This document shows, one piece after another, positions 20,983-30,206 of a DNA stretch of 64,000 nt. The notes beneath the pieces are model-generated. The model ran no database searches and had not been told where the DNA came from. It saw only the letters and a list, made by a program, of their open reading frames with translations. The translations under genes and the position numbers were made by a program. How positions within the stretch are numbered: position 1 is the first letter of the stretch; the number at the start of each line of letters is the position of its first letter. The DNA is taken from NCBI GenBank assembly GCA_963528285.1, contig CAURVK010000002.1, forward strand, positions 2,326 to 66,325. Direction: 5' to 3'. This DNA comes from an uncultured Campylobacter sp. Lineage in GTDB: Bacteria; Campylobacterota; Campylobacteria; Campylobacterales; Campylobacteraceae.

Positions 20983-21903
20983 ATGAATACGCAAAAAATA
21001 ATGGACGAAATCGACGTATTTTTAAGCAAATCGCTACTTAAAAAATCAAAGATAACCAAAGCGCAAATCGTGGATTTCATAGAAGCAAAATGGGTGGAAG
21101 CAGACGAGGAAAAGTACAAAATCTACGATGCGTACATCTACGCGCACCGCATGATAAGCGAATACGAAGAGCTGAAAGACTGTGCCAACGTCCTGCGCTG
21201 GATTGATGAGATGTATAAGTGCGATAAGGCAAAAGATAGACCGTCCTACGTGAAGGACTATTATAGAGGCGAGCGCTGTCTTGCCTGCGGTCAAAAAGAA
21301 GCGGCACTAAAATATCTGCAAAAAAGCTACGAAGCGGACAGGGATTATGTCTTTACCCGAGATGAACGAATCGCTAAATTTTTTAAAGATTATCTTGCAA
21401 ATCCTGAAATTTTGCCTGAATTTATAGAAGAAGAGTGCGATGAAGATGAATTTAACGATTTTGGGTTTGAGGTAGAACTCGAGCGTTTCGGCAAAATTTT
21501 AGAGCAAGAGGCAAAATTTTGTTGCACGTTTCTAAACAAAAAAGGCGATGAGGTATACGAACCAAGCCGCACGCACTCAAATGCAGTTTATTTTTTAAGG
21601 CAAAATCAGGAGGAAATTTTAAATGAAATTCTTACCGAGATTTTCAATAATTATCCAAAATGGCAAGAAATTTACGACTATCCGAGCGAGACAAAGAGTG
21701 ATTTTATGCCAAATATCTACGCGCCGCACGAGCTTGGTAGGCTTTTGGAGCTACAAAATATCTATATTTTACTTAGCGGTAAAACCGCAAAAATAGGCTT
21801 TGAATTTAGCTGCTCATGGGATATGGAGCACGGCCTAGGCGTGATGACGCAAAGCGGCAAAGTCGTAAAAATCGGCAGCGGCGAGACGGCATTTGGCTTT
21901 TAG
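20983..21903 (+). CDS. TPR-like plus DUF6985-like hypothetical (putative immunity) protein
   Basis: Helical repeat N-half; C-terminal GFEFSCSWDMEHGLGV....KVVKIG motif; GGAG RBS. Confidence 0.65.
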   Translation: MNTQKIMDEIDVFLSKSLLKKSKITKAQIVDFIEAKWVEADEEKYKIYDAYIYAHRMISEYEELKDCANVLRWIDEMYKCDKAKDRPSYVKDYYRGERCLACGQKEAALKYLQKSYEADRDYVFTRDERIAKFFKDYLANPEILPEFIEEECDEDEFNDFGFEVELERFGKILEQEAKFCCTFLNKKGDEVYEPSRTHSNAVYFLRQNQEEILNEILTEIFNNYPKWQEIYDYPSETKSDFMPNIYAPHELGRLLELQNIYILLSGKTAKIGFEFSCSWDMEHGLGVMTQSGKVVKIGSGETAFGF

Positions 21904-21950
21904 CCTTTGACTATAAATTTGCCCGGCCGCCGCGCACAAGTTGATTTTTA

Positions 21951-22250
21951 CTAGTCAAAGGTTTTGTTTTTCGTATGATAAAAGTATAAATACAAAAGTC
22001 CCAGCGGCGCGATAATAAAAGCAAAACCGTAACAAAGCAGCATAGTTATAAATTTTGTTACAAGTAAAAATAGCGCATTTACGAAAAATACGTTATCTCC
22101 ATGAAATCGATGACACTCTCATAAACAAAGCGAGAATATGGATACAAAAAGGTGTTTGCGATAAAGATAACATAGCTAAAAATTCGCTTATCGCCCCCGT
22201 TATACATAAGCGCTATAAACAAAGCCGTAAAGATAGCACCAAAAAATCGG
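21951..22250 (-). pseudogene. Frameshifted, 5'-truncated small membrane protein gene
   Basis: Frame 1 FFGAIFTALFIALMYNGGDKRIFSYVIFIANTFLYPYSRFVYESVIDFM; after a shift near 22100 GDNVFFVNALFLLVTKFITMLLCYGFAFIIAPLGLLYLYFYHTKNKTFD-stop; no start codon. Confidence 0.65.
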
Positions 22251-22597
22251 TGCTAAAGCCCGTTTCCAGCCGTCTAAATTTAACCGCGCGCTAACTAACA
22301 AGGCCAAATTTACTAACGAAATTACGTTAGTTTATCCCTTACATCTTTTACTAAAAGCGAAGTAGAGCAGGGTTACCAAGCAAACGAACAAGCGCGCAAT
22401 GCTGTATAGCCGAAATAAAAACGCTTTTTATGTGGGGCGCATCATGCCCAATAGTAGTTAAATTTTATGGCATCGTTTTGCATTTGACGCTATTACTAGC
22501 GGATGTTACATATCTAAAATTTACCGTCTTTATGCTGTCATATTTTATAAAGCTTCCTAATATAAATAAAAAATGGCCTAGCAAATCGGCTCAAAAT

Positions 22598-23506
22598 CTA
22601 TCCGTGCTTTACAAGTTTATAAAATTCATCTTTCGCATCAAATTTGGATTTTATTTTGTATTCTACGCCGTCGAATTTAAAGTAAATTTCATCCGAATGC
22701 AGCAGCAATCTCGGCGTGCCGGTTATCAAAATTCGCTCGGCTTCGCTCATCTCTTTATCTAAAATTTTCTCGATTTGCGGTCGCGCTAGACCGTAGAGCG
22801 GTTCGCCTAAAATCTTATGTTCCACGTGGAACAAATGTAAGCGAATTTGATGCTGCCTGCCCGTGAGCGGTACTGCTCGAACCAGCGTCGCATCGATATC
22901 GGCAAAATACTCTATCGGCAAAATCTCCGTAACAGCGCTTTTGCCGTCCTCGCAAATTCGCATTCGCATTTTTACGTCGTCATAGTCGTTTGCTAGATCC
23001 ATACTCGCTTCGATACGCAAATTTTCGCTTATTTTTCCGTGCACGAGCGCGACGTAACTTTTATAAACTTGCCTATTTTCAAAAAGTTTTTTCAAATTTA
23101 CGACTGCATTTTTATCTTTGCCCACGACGATGAGTCCGCTAGTTTCACAGTCCAAGCGATGTACGACTGAGGCCTCGCGGCCGTAGAGCGACCAAATTTC
23201 ATCATTTAGCGAGTACTCGCAGTGCCTGCCGTTTGGGTGACTGAGCACGCCGCTGGGTTTATCAAAAACCGCAAATTTATCGCACTCAAAAATCGGCTTT
23301 AGCCCGCGCGGATTCGTCTCGTACTCTATCAGACAAATTTCGCCGCTTAGCAATGCGTTTTTCTCGCTGACGACCGTGCCGTCGCAGATAAGTCTGCCTT
23401 TGTCGATTAGGCGCTGGGCTTCGCGCATTTTATAGCCGTTTTGCAGTAAAATTTCATACGCTTTTTGCCCTCTGGCATGCGCGATAAATTTATGAATATA
23501 AGGCAA
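22598..23506 (-). CDS. RluA/C/D-family pseudouridine synthase
   Basis: DKPSGVLSHP, VHRLDCETSG, TGRQHQIRLH. Confidence 0.92.
   Translation of the reverse strand: MPYIHKFIAHARGQKAYEILLQNGYKMREAQRLIDKGRLICDGTVVSEKNALLSGEICLIEYETNPRGLKPIFECDKFAVFDKPSGVLSHPNGRHCEYSLNDEIWSLYGREASVVHRLDCETSGLIVVGKDKNAVVNLKKLFENRQVYKSYVALVHGKISENLRIEASMDLANDYDDVKMRMRICEDGKSAVTEILPIEYFADIDATLVRAVPLTGRQHQIRLHLFHVEHKILGEPLYGLARPQIEKILDKEMSEAERILITGTPRLLLHSDEIYFKFDGVEYKIKSKFDAKDEFYKLVKHG
22818..22833. promoter_or_regulatory. parS centromere site, second copy, intragenic
   Basis: Identical palindrome TGTTCCACGTGGAACA. Confidence 0.9.
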
Positions 23507-23630
23507 TTTTCACTCTTTAAATCTAAAATTTAAGGGCAAATTTAGCGGATACTAACCGCCTTTTCAGCCCAGTTTTTATATAATCTTTCCTTAAAAAATT
23601 ATACAAAAATTCGCATAAAAAAGGCTAAAG

Positions 23631-24962
23631 ATGGTAGAGAGATATTCGCGCGAACAGATGGCGCAGAAGTGGAATACGCAGGCAAAATACAGTGCGTGGC
23701 TGGAGGTCGAAAAGGCCGCGGTCAAAGCGTGGAATAAACTAGGTTTTATCAGCGATACGGACTGCGATAAAATTTGCAAAAACGCTAAATTTGACGTAGC
23801 GCGCATCGACGAGATCGAAAAGACGACCAAGCACGACGTGATCGCGTTTCTAACGAGCGTGAGCGAGAGCCTGGGCGAGGAGAGCCGCTTCGTGCACTAC
23901 GGCATGACTAGCAGCGATTGCATCGATACCGCCGTCGCGCTTCAGATCAAAAGTAGCATGGAGCTCATCATAGAGGACGTAAGGGGCCTAATGAGCGCGG
24001 TCAAAACCAGAGCGCAGGAGCACAAAAATACGATGATGGTCGGCCGCAGCCACGGTATCCACGGCGAGCCTATCACCTTCGGGCTCGTGCTTGCAGTCTG
24101 GTACGACGAGGTCGCGCGCGCGCTAAAACTACTGCAGGACGCCAAAGAGGTCGCAGCCTACGGCAAACTAAGCGGCGCGATGGGAAATTTCGCTCACGCA
24201 CCGCTCGAGTTTGAGGAGCTAACCTGCGCCGAGCTTGGTCTAAAGCCCGCCCCAGCATCAAATCAGGTCATCCAGCGCGACCGCTACGCCCACGTCATCA
24301 GTGCGATCGCCGTCCTAGCCGCCACCTGCGAAAAGATCGCCGTAGCCGTGCGCCACTTCCAAAGGACGGAAGTTTACGAGGCTGAGGAGTACTTCAGCCC
24401 CGGCCAAAAGGGCTCCAGCGCGATGCCGCACAAGCGTAACCCCGTGCTTAGCGAAAACATCACCGGCCTTTGTAGGATGCTACGCTCATACGTGACGCCG
24501 GCGCTCGAAAACGTCGCACTCTGGCACGAACGCGATATCAGCCACAGCTCGGTCGAGCGATTTATCCTGCCGGATGCCTTTATCACGGCCGATTTTATGC
24601 TTGCGCGCATTACGAATTTGATCGCAAATTTAGTAGTTTATCCCGAAAATATGATGAAAAATCTAAATTTAACGGGCGGGCTCGTCTTTTCTCAGCGAGT
24701 GCTTTTACAACTTCCGCAGCGCGGGATCTCACGTGAGGATGCGTACAAGATCGTACAGCGCAACGCGATGAAGGTCTGGGCAGATCTACAAGAGGGCAAA
24801 AAAGCGATAAACGAAAACGGCGAGAGCCTATTTTTACAAAATTTGCTCGCCGACGAGGAGCTGCGCGCTAGCTTGGATGAGGCCGAGATCAAAGAGTGCT
24901 TTGATTATGCGTATTACGCCAGGCACGTGGACGGGATATTTGCGAGAGTATTCGGAAAGTAA
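23631..24962 (+). CDS. purB: Adenylosuccinate lyase
   Basis: TKHDV, GRSHG, GSSAMPHKRNP signature. Confidence 0.97.
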   Translation: MVERYSREQMAQKWNTQAKYSAWLEVEKAAVKAWNKLGFISDTDCDKICKNAKFDVARIDEIEKTTKHDVIAFLTSVSESLGEESRFVHYGMTSSDCIDTAVALQIKSSMELIIEDVRGLMSAVKTRAQEHKNTMMVGRSHGIHGEPITFGLVLAVWYDEVARALKLLQDAKEVAAYGKLSGAMGNFAHAPLEFEELTCAELGLKPAPASNQVIQRDRYAHVISAIAVLAATCEKIAVAVRHFQRTEVYEAEEYFSPGQKGSSAMPHKRNPVLSENITGLCRMLRSYVTPALENVALWHERDISHSSVERFILPDAFITADFMLARITNLIANLVVYPENMMKNLNLTGGLVFSQRVLLQLPQRGISREDAYKIVQRNAMKVWADLQEGKKAINENGESLFLQNLLADEELRASLDEAEIKECFDYAYYARHVDGIFARVFGK

Positions 24963-24979
24963 AAAACTTAGAGGTAAAA

Positions 24980-25555
24980 ATGGCAAATAAAAAACGGATA
25001 GAAATAATAGAAAAACATATTATAGAAGCAAAAAGCTATTTAAATAAAGAGCCTAAAGAAATTTATGTTTTTTTTAATCATTTAAATGCAACATATAAGA
25101 ATATAGAAGAAATCTATATTCCTGTCCGTCCAGCTGCAATCAGCCTTTACTATGATACTCCTATAGACTATAGTAAATACAAGGAATATCTTGAAAGGTT
25201 AATAAATAGATTAAATTTATATGTAGCCAAACTACAAGATGAGGATGAAAAAACAATGAGTTCAAATCAATCAAATTCAGTTACAATAAATAATAACAAT
25301 ACAAATACAACTAACGCCAATATAACTCAAAATATAAGTATCAAAAATACGATGGAAAAAATAAATCAAATTCCAGATGAAATTCTTGCTAAAAATTTAA
25401 AGTATGAATTAAAGGGAATGCTTAGCGAGCTTGAGGATTGCAAAGATAATCAAGAGAAAAAATCGAAGCTAATGGAAGTCGTTAAATGGCTTGGAGATAA
25501 AACTGCTGATGCTTTTATCGCTTGTTTGCCGTATTTTGCCGGACTTGGTTTATAA
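24980..25555 (+). CDS. AT-rich orphan hypothetical protein inserted between purB and nrdA
   Basis: GAGG RBS; abrupt AT-rich codon usage; Asn/Thr-rich linker. Confidence 0.75.
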   Translation: MANKKRIEIIEKHIIEAKSYLNKEPKEIYVFFNHLNATYKNIEEIYIPVRPAAISLYYDTPIDYSKYKEYLERLINRLNLYVAKLQDEDEKTMSSNQSNSVTINNNNTNTTNANITQNISIKNTMEKINQIPDEILAKNLKYELKGMLSELEDCKDNQEKKSKLMEVVKWLGDKTADAFIACLPYFAGLGL

Positions 25556-25576
25556 AATTATAGATAAGGAAAAAAT

Positions 25577-27952
25577 TTGAAAGTACTAAAACGAAACGGA
25601 CGCACGGAAGAGCTTGATGTAAGCAAGATCAAAAAATACACGAGCGAGGCGGTCGCTGGGCTAGCAAACGTGAGCCTAAGCGAGCTTGAGGTGGACGCGA
25701 AAATTCAATTTCGCGATATGATAACGACCGAGGAGATACAGCAAACCCTCATCAAAACGGCCGTCGAAAAGATCGACATCGACCGCCCAAACTGGACATT
25801 TGTTGCGGCGAGGCTATTTTTATACGACCTTTATCACAAGGTCACGGGCTTTAGCGGCTATAACCACCTACGCGACTACCTACAAAAGGGCGAAAAAGCG
25901 GGCCGTATCATCCCTGGGCTAAAAGAAAAATACGACCTGGACGACCTAAACGACTACATCAGGCCAGAGCGCGACTTGCAGTTTGCATATCTTGGCATCA
26001 AGACGCTATACGACCGCTACCTCATCAAAGACCGCAGCGGCGCGCCGATAGAGCTACCTCAGCAGATGTTTATGGCTATAGCGATGTTCCTCGCGCAAAA
26101 CGAACTAGACTGTCAAGGCTGGGCGAAGAAATTTTACGACCTCATATCTAAATTTGAAGTCATGCTAGCCACCCCTACGCTCTCAAACGCCCGCACAACG
26201 CGCCATCAGCTAAGCAGTTGCTACGTAGGAAGCACGCCGGATAATATCGAGGGAATTTTCGATAGTTACAAAGAGATGGCCTTACTTAGCAAATTTGGCG
26301 GCGGTATCGGCTGGGACTGGTGCAAAGTGCGCGCTATGGGCGGCAGCATCGACGGACATAAAAACGCGGCCGGCGGTATCATACCGTTTCTAAAAGTCAC
26401 GAACGACATCGCCGTCGCCGTCGATCAGCTAGGCACGAGAAAGGGCGCGATAGCCGTCTACGTCGAGCCGTGGCACATGGACGTGAGCGACTTCTTGGAT
26501 CTACGCAAAAACTCGGGCGAAGAACGCCGCAGAGCGCACGAGCTATTCCCGGCGCTTTGGATAAACGACCTTTTCATGAAACGCGTCAAAGAAAACGCGC
26601 GCTGGAGCCTCTTTGACCCCGCAGAGGTCGCCGATCTGTGCGATCTATACGGCGATGAGTTCGAGGCGCGCTACCTAGCATATGAAAACGACGAAAAGAT
26701 CCAAAAAAACGTCGTCATGGCAAAAGAGCTGTGGAAGAAAATTTTAACTAGCTATTTTGAATCGGGCATGCCGTTTTTGTGCTTTAAAGATAACGCAAAC
26801 AAAGCCAATCCAAACGACCACGACGGCATCATCAGAAGCTCAAATTTGTGCACCGAAATTTTCCAAAATACGCAACCAAACTACTACAAGATCAAGATCA
26901 CGTTTGATAACGGCTCCGAGCGGTTATTTGACGAGGAAGAAGACGTCACCGTCGATAGCGGCATAACCAAAAAAGCCAAAAAACTAAGCGCGCTAGATAG
27001 TATCGGCGGCGAGCAAATTTTCATCGTCGAAAAAGAAAGCGTCGAGGGCAAAACCGCCGTGTGCAACCTCGCGAGCATAAATTTAAGCAAAATCAACAAA
27101 AAAGAGGACATCGAGCGCGTCGTGCCGATCGCCGTACGCATGCTAGATAACGTCATCGATCTAAATTTTTACCCGCACAAAAAGGTCAAACACACCAACC
27201 TAGCCTCCCGTTCGATCGGCCTTGGCGTCATGGGCGAGGCGCAGATGTTAGCCGAGCGCGGCGTGAAATGGGGCAGCTACGAGCACCTAGCGCTGATCGA
27301 TAGCGTGATGGAAAACATAAGCTACAACGCCATCTATGCCAGCTCAAATTTGGCGGTAGAAAAGGGCGTTTATCCGCTCTTTGAAGGCTCAAAGTGGAGC
27401 AGAGGAGTGATGCCTATCGACACGGCAAATGCAAACGCCAAAGCGCTTCTAAACGACAGAGGAGGGCTATTTGACGAGAACGCCTGCGACTGGAGCAAAC
27501 TACGCGAAAAGGTCAAAAAAGACGGCATGCGAAACGGCTACCTGATGGCGATCGCACCGACGTCGAGCATCAGCATACTCGTGGGCACCACGCAGACGAT
27601 CGAGCCCGTGTATAAGCGCAAATGGTTCGAGCACAACCTAAGCGGCATGATACCAAACGTCGTGCCAAATCTCAGCCCTGAGACGTGGCAGTTCTACACA
27701 CCTGCCTACGAGCTAGATCAGCGCGTACTCGTGCGTGCCGGCGCCATCCGCCAAAAGTGGATCGACCAGGGCCAGAGCCTAAATATTTTCATGAGCCTAG
27801 ACAAAGCTAGCGGCGGATATCTGAGCGAAATTTACACGCTCGCGTGGGAGCTGGGACTAAAATCAACCTACTATCTACGCTCCGAAAGCCCTGATAGCGA
27901 AAAGCTAAACAACGTCGCCGATCGCTCGATCGAGTGCGAGGGGTGTCAGTAA
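25577..27952 (+). CDS. nrdA: Class Ia ribonucleotide reductase alpha subunit
   Basis: N-terminal ATP cone; ATPTL, LSSC, SNLCTE, IAPTSSIS, KSTYYLR, C-terminal CEGC. Confidence 0.97.
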   Translation: MKVLKRNGRTEELDVSKIKKYTSEAVAGLANVSLSELEVDAKIQFRDMITTEEIQQTLIKTAVEKIDIDRPNWTFVAARLFLYDLYHKVTGFSGYNHLRDYLQKGEKAGRIIPGLKEKYDLDDLNDYIRPERDLQFAYLGIKTLYDRYLIKDRSGAPIELPQQMFMAIAMFLAQNELDCQGWAKKFYDLISKFEVMLATPTLSNARTTRHQLSSCYVGSTPDNIEGIFDSYKEMALLSKFGGGIGWDWCKVRAMGGSIDGHKNAAGGIIPFLKVTNDIAVAVDQLGTRKGAIAVYVEPWHMDVSDFLDLRKNSGEERRRAHELFPALWINDLFMKRVKENARWSLFDPAEVADLCDLYGDEFEARYLAYENDEKIQKNVVMAKELWKKILTSYFESGMPFLCFKDNANKANPNDHDGIIRSSNLCTEIFQNTQPNYYKIKITFDNGSERLFDEEEDVTVDSGITKKAKKLSALDSIGGEQIFIVEKESVEGKTAVCNLASINLSKINKKEDIERVVPIAVRMLDNVIDLNFYPHKKVKHTNLASRSIGLGVMGEAQMLAERGVKWGSYEHLALIDSVMENISYNAIYASSNLAVEKGVYPLFEGSKWSRGVMPIDTANANAKALLNDRGGLFDENACDWSKLREKVKKDGMRNGYLMAIAPTSSISILVGTTQTIEPVYKRKWFEHNLSGMIPNVVPNLSPETWQFYTPAYELDQRVLVRAGAIRQKWIDQGQSLNIFMSLDKASGGYLSEIYTLAWELGLKSTYYLRSESPDSEKLNNVADRSIECEGCQ

Positions 27953-29315
27953 TGGAAAGTACTGGTGAAAATATAACTAGGGAGCAGCTGTTTCAAAAAA
28001 TAGCAGATGCTTCTTTATTCGGAAATTTAAATTTATTTATTGGTGCAGGATTTTCAATGTCTGTTTTTGAAAATTCTATAACAGAAAGGCCGCTGTCATG
28101 GATAGAATTATTGGATGAGGTATGTGAAAAGAAAAAAATTATATTAGATGACAAAGATAAGAAATATAGTTCATGTCCAGAAATAGCTTCAAAAATAAGT
28201 CAAAAAATTTTAGAAAACAATAGTAATAAATTAAAAACTTTAGAAGAAGCGAGTAATGAATTAAAAGCACAAATAAGTGTTTTAACAGCTTGGTATCCGA
28301 ATCAAGAACAAAGAGACGATTATTCTCAAATTTTAAAAAATTTGGAACCAAATTATATAATTACGACAAATTATGATTTAATACTAGAAAATTTATTACC
28401 CGAAAACTCAATTTCGCTAGGCCCAAATGATATATTAACGTCGCCAAAATTTGAAATTCCTATATATCACCTACATGGAATAAGAACGGATCCTAGTTCA
28501 ATCATTATAACAAAAGAGGATTATACAAAATTATTTAGACCAAATGAATATAGATTACAAAAGCTTTCTTTGCTCTTTAAAGAGTCTACCACATTAATTA
28601 TCGGGTATAGTCTCGGGGATACGAATGTTTTAACAGCATTAGACTGGTCAGAAAACATATACAAAGACAATAGTAGAAAATATTATCCAAATGGAATAAT
28701 ACAGTTATTGTACAAAAGAGACAATCCAAATCCTGAGCCTATAATTCAAGAAAATGGAATTATTACATTAGAAATTGACTCCATTCTTGACATAATGAAA
28801 GAGTTGAGTGATTTTATAGAAAGAAATAAAAAAAATACAGCAAAGAAAAACTTGAAATAAATAACTTTAGAAGCAAATTAATTAATGCTGATGATAATCT
28901 TATAAAATCTTTTATAGATGACAAAAATATAAGGACAGATTATATTAACAAAATTCAAGAAAATAGCAGATTTATAATAGAAGCATTTCTACAATTCTTA
29001 ACAAAAGTATTTGATGAATGCTGGGACAGGGCAAAAGAAAGAAATAATTTTGAAGCGTATAACGAATTTCTTTTGATTATACTAGATATATTGATTAAAA
29101 TTCCGTTTAGTAAAATGTCTCCAGCCTTATTTGAAAGCATGGCTTACAATCTGGGTACAGTTTCCAGTTATATTGGATCTAGTCTAGGACAAAGCTATGC
29201 CGCCAATAATACTTGGAATAAGAATAAAAGCAATATACAAAGTACTACAAAAAAAGAATTGCAGTTGTATTATAAGCAACGCAATCAATATAATATGTTA
29301 AAATTACTAAAATAA
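27952..29315 (+). pseudogene. SIR2-like (SIR2_2) NADase-domain gene, frameshifted at A8 tract 28828-28835
   Basis: FIGAGFS, ITTNYD, YHLHG, IIGYSLGD motifs; frame stops at 28860, but one extra A gives an open frame to TAA 29315 (454 aa); AT-rich; TAATG coupling to nrdA. Confidence 0.8.
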
Positions 29316-29356
29316 TTATTTTAAAGACCGCTCTTGCGGCCTTTAAACTTAGCGGC

Positions 29357-29881
29357 TTACATACAACCGCAACCGCAGCCTCCGCTTGATTTTATAGCGT
29401 CAAATACCGCGTCGTAGTTTGGCTCCTCCGTGATCTCAGCAACGATTTGCTTGTGGATGATGACGCCATCTTTGATAACGAAAACGGCTCTGGCTAAAAG
29501 CCCCGCAAGCGGCCCTTCGCCGATGATTATGCCGTATTTTTCGCCAAACTCTCTAGCTCTAAAGTCGCTACCGACTTTTAAATTTTTGATGCCCTCCGTG
29601 GAGCAAAATCTACCCATCGCAAACGGTAGATCCATCGAAATCACGCTTAGCTTGATCGCCTGTTTTGCTGCCATTTTTTCGTTAAATTTACGCGTCTCAG
29701 TCGCGCAAACGCCCGTATCTAGCGACGGAACGGCGACTAGGATCTCGATGCCGTTGTTGCCGCCGACCTTAAACTCGCCTAGATCCTGCCCGACTAGTGC
29801 GACCTCTGGCGCATACGAGCCTACGAATACCTCTTCGCCTTTTAGCGCGACGTCCGCGCCGTGAAATTTGACTTTTGCCAT
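29357..29881 (-). CDS. tpx: Thiol peroxidase
   Basis: PSLDTGVC, SMDLPFAMGRFC, LLARAVFV, EPNYD; ATG 29881 with AAGG RBS. Confidence 0.93.
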   Translation of the reverse strand: MAKVKFHGADVALKGEEVFVGSYAPEVALVGQDLGEFKVGGNNGIEILVAVPSLDTGVCATETRKFNEKMAAKQAIKLSVISMDLPFAMGRFCSTEGIKNLKVGSDFRAREFGEKYGIIIGEGPLAGLLARAVFVIKDGVIIHKQIVAEITEEPNYDAVFDAIKSSGGCGCGCM

Positions 29882-30029
29882 GTTTTTCCTTTGTTTTAAA
29901 TTTAATCGTAACGCGAATATTACCATACTTTTAACAATGGCTGAAAAACAAAAGCATACAGCGGAATTTAAGACGGTAGTTATCTACAAAGTGCTATACT
30001 ATTTGACATCAATTATCAAGGAGTGACAA

Positions 30030-30188
30030 ATGAGCGACAAAGAAATCCTAGCTTCGCTCGAAGCAAAGCGCACGAAATGCGTCGTCTACACCCGCGTAAT
30101 GGGCTACCACCGCCCTGTAGAGAGCTTTAACCTCGGCAAAAAAGGCGAGCACAAAGAGCGCGTCAAATTTTGCGAACGCAAAGCCTAA
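30030..30188 (+). CDS. 52-aa stand-alone NrdD C-terminal glycyl-radical peptide, not in ORF track
   Basis: MSDKEILASLEAKRTKCVVYTRVMGYHRPVESFNLGKKGEHKERVKFCERKA; RVMGY glycyl loop and FN.GK..E..ER tail; AAGGAG RBS; TGCTATACT extended -10 upstream. Confidence 0.88.
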   Translation: MSDKEILASLEAKRTKCVVYTRVMGYHRPVESFNLGKKGEHKERVKFCERKA

Positions 30189-30206
30189 CCTAACCGCGAG
30201 TAAAAC

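Noticed and set aside
22055..22762. Plus-strand ORFs of 79 and 110 aa
   Set aside because: No RBS or motifs; one is antisense to the pseudogene and the other overlaps the RluA-family gene.
26880..27050. Insertion in NrdA between SNLCTE and VCNL considered as an intein
   Set aside because: Only about 55 aa, no C/S start with HN end, and codon usage matches the host gene; more likely a lineage-typical insert.
25577..27952. Absence of nrdB beside nrdA
   Set aside because: nrdA and nrdB are commonly unlinked in Campylobacter, so this is not unusual.
29073..29315. 80-aa ORF as an independent gene
   Set aside because: Its frame is open upstream to the A8 tract; better explained as the C-terminus of the SIR2 gene.
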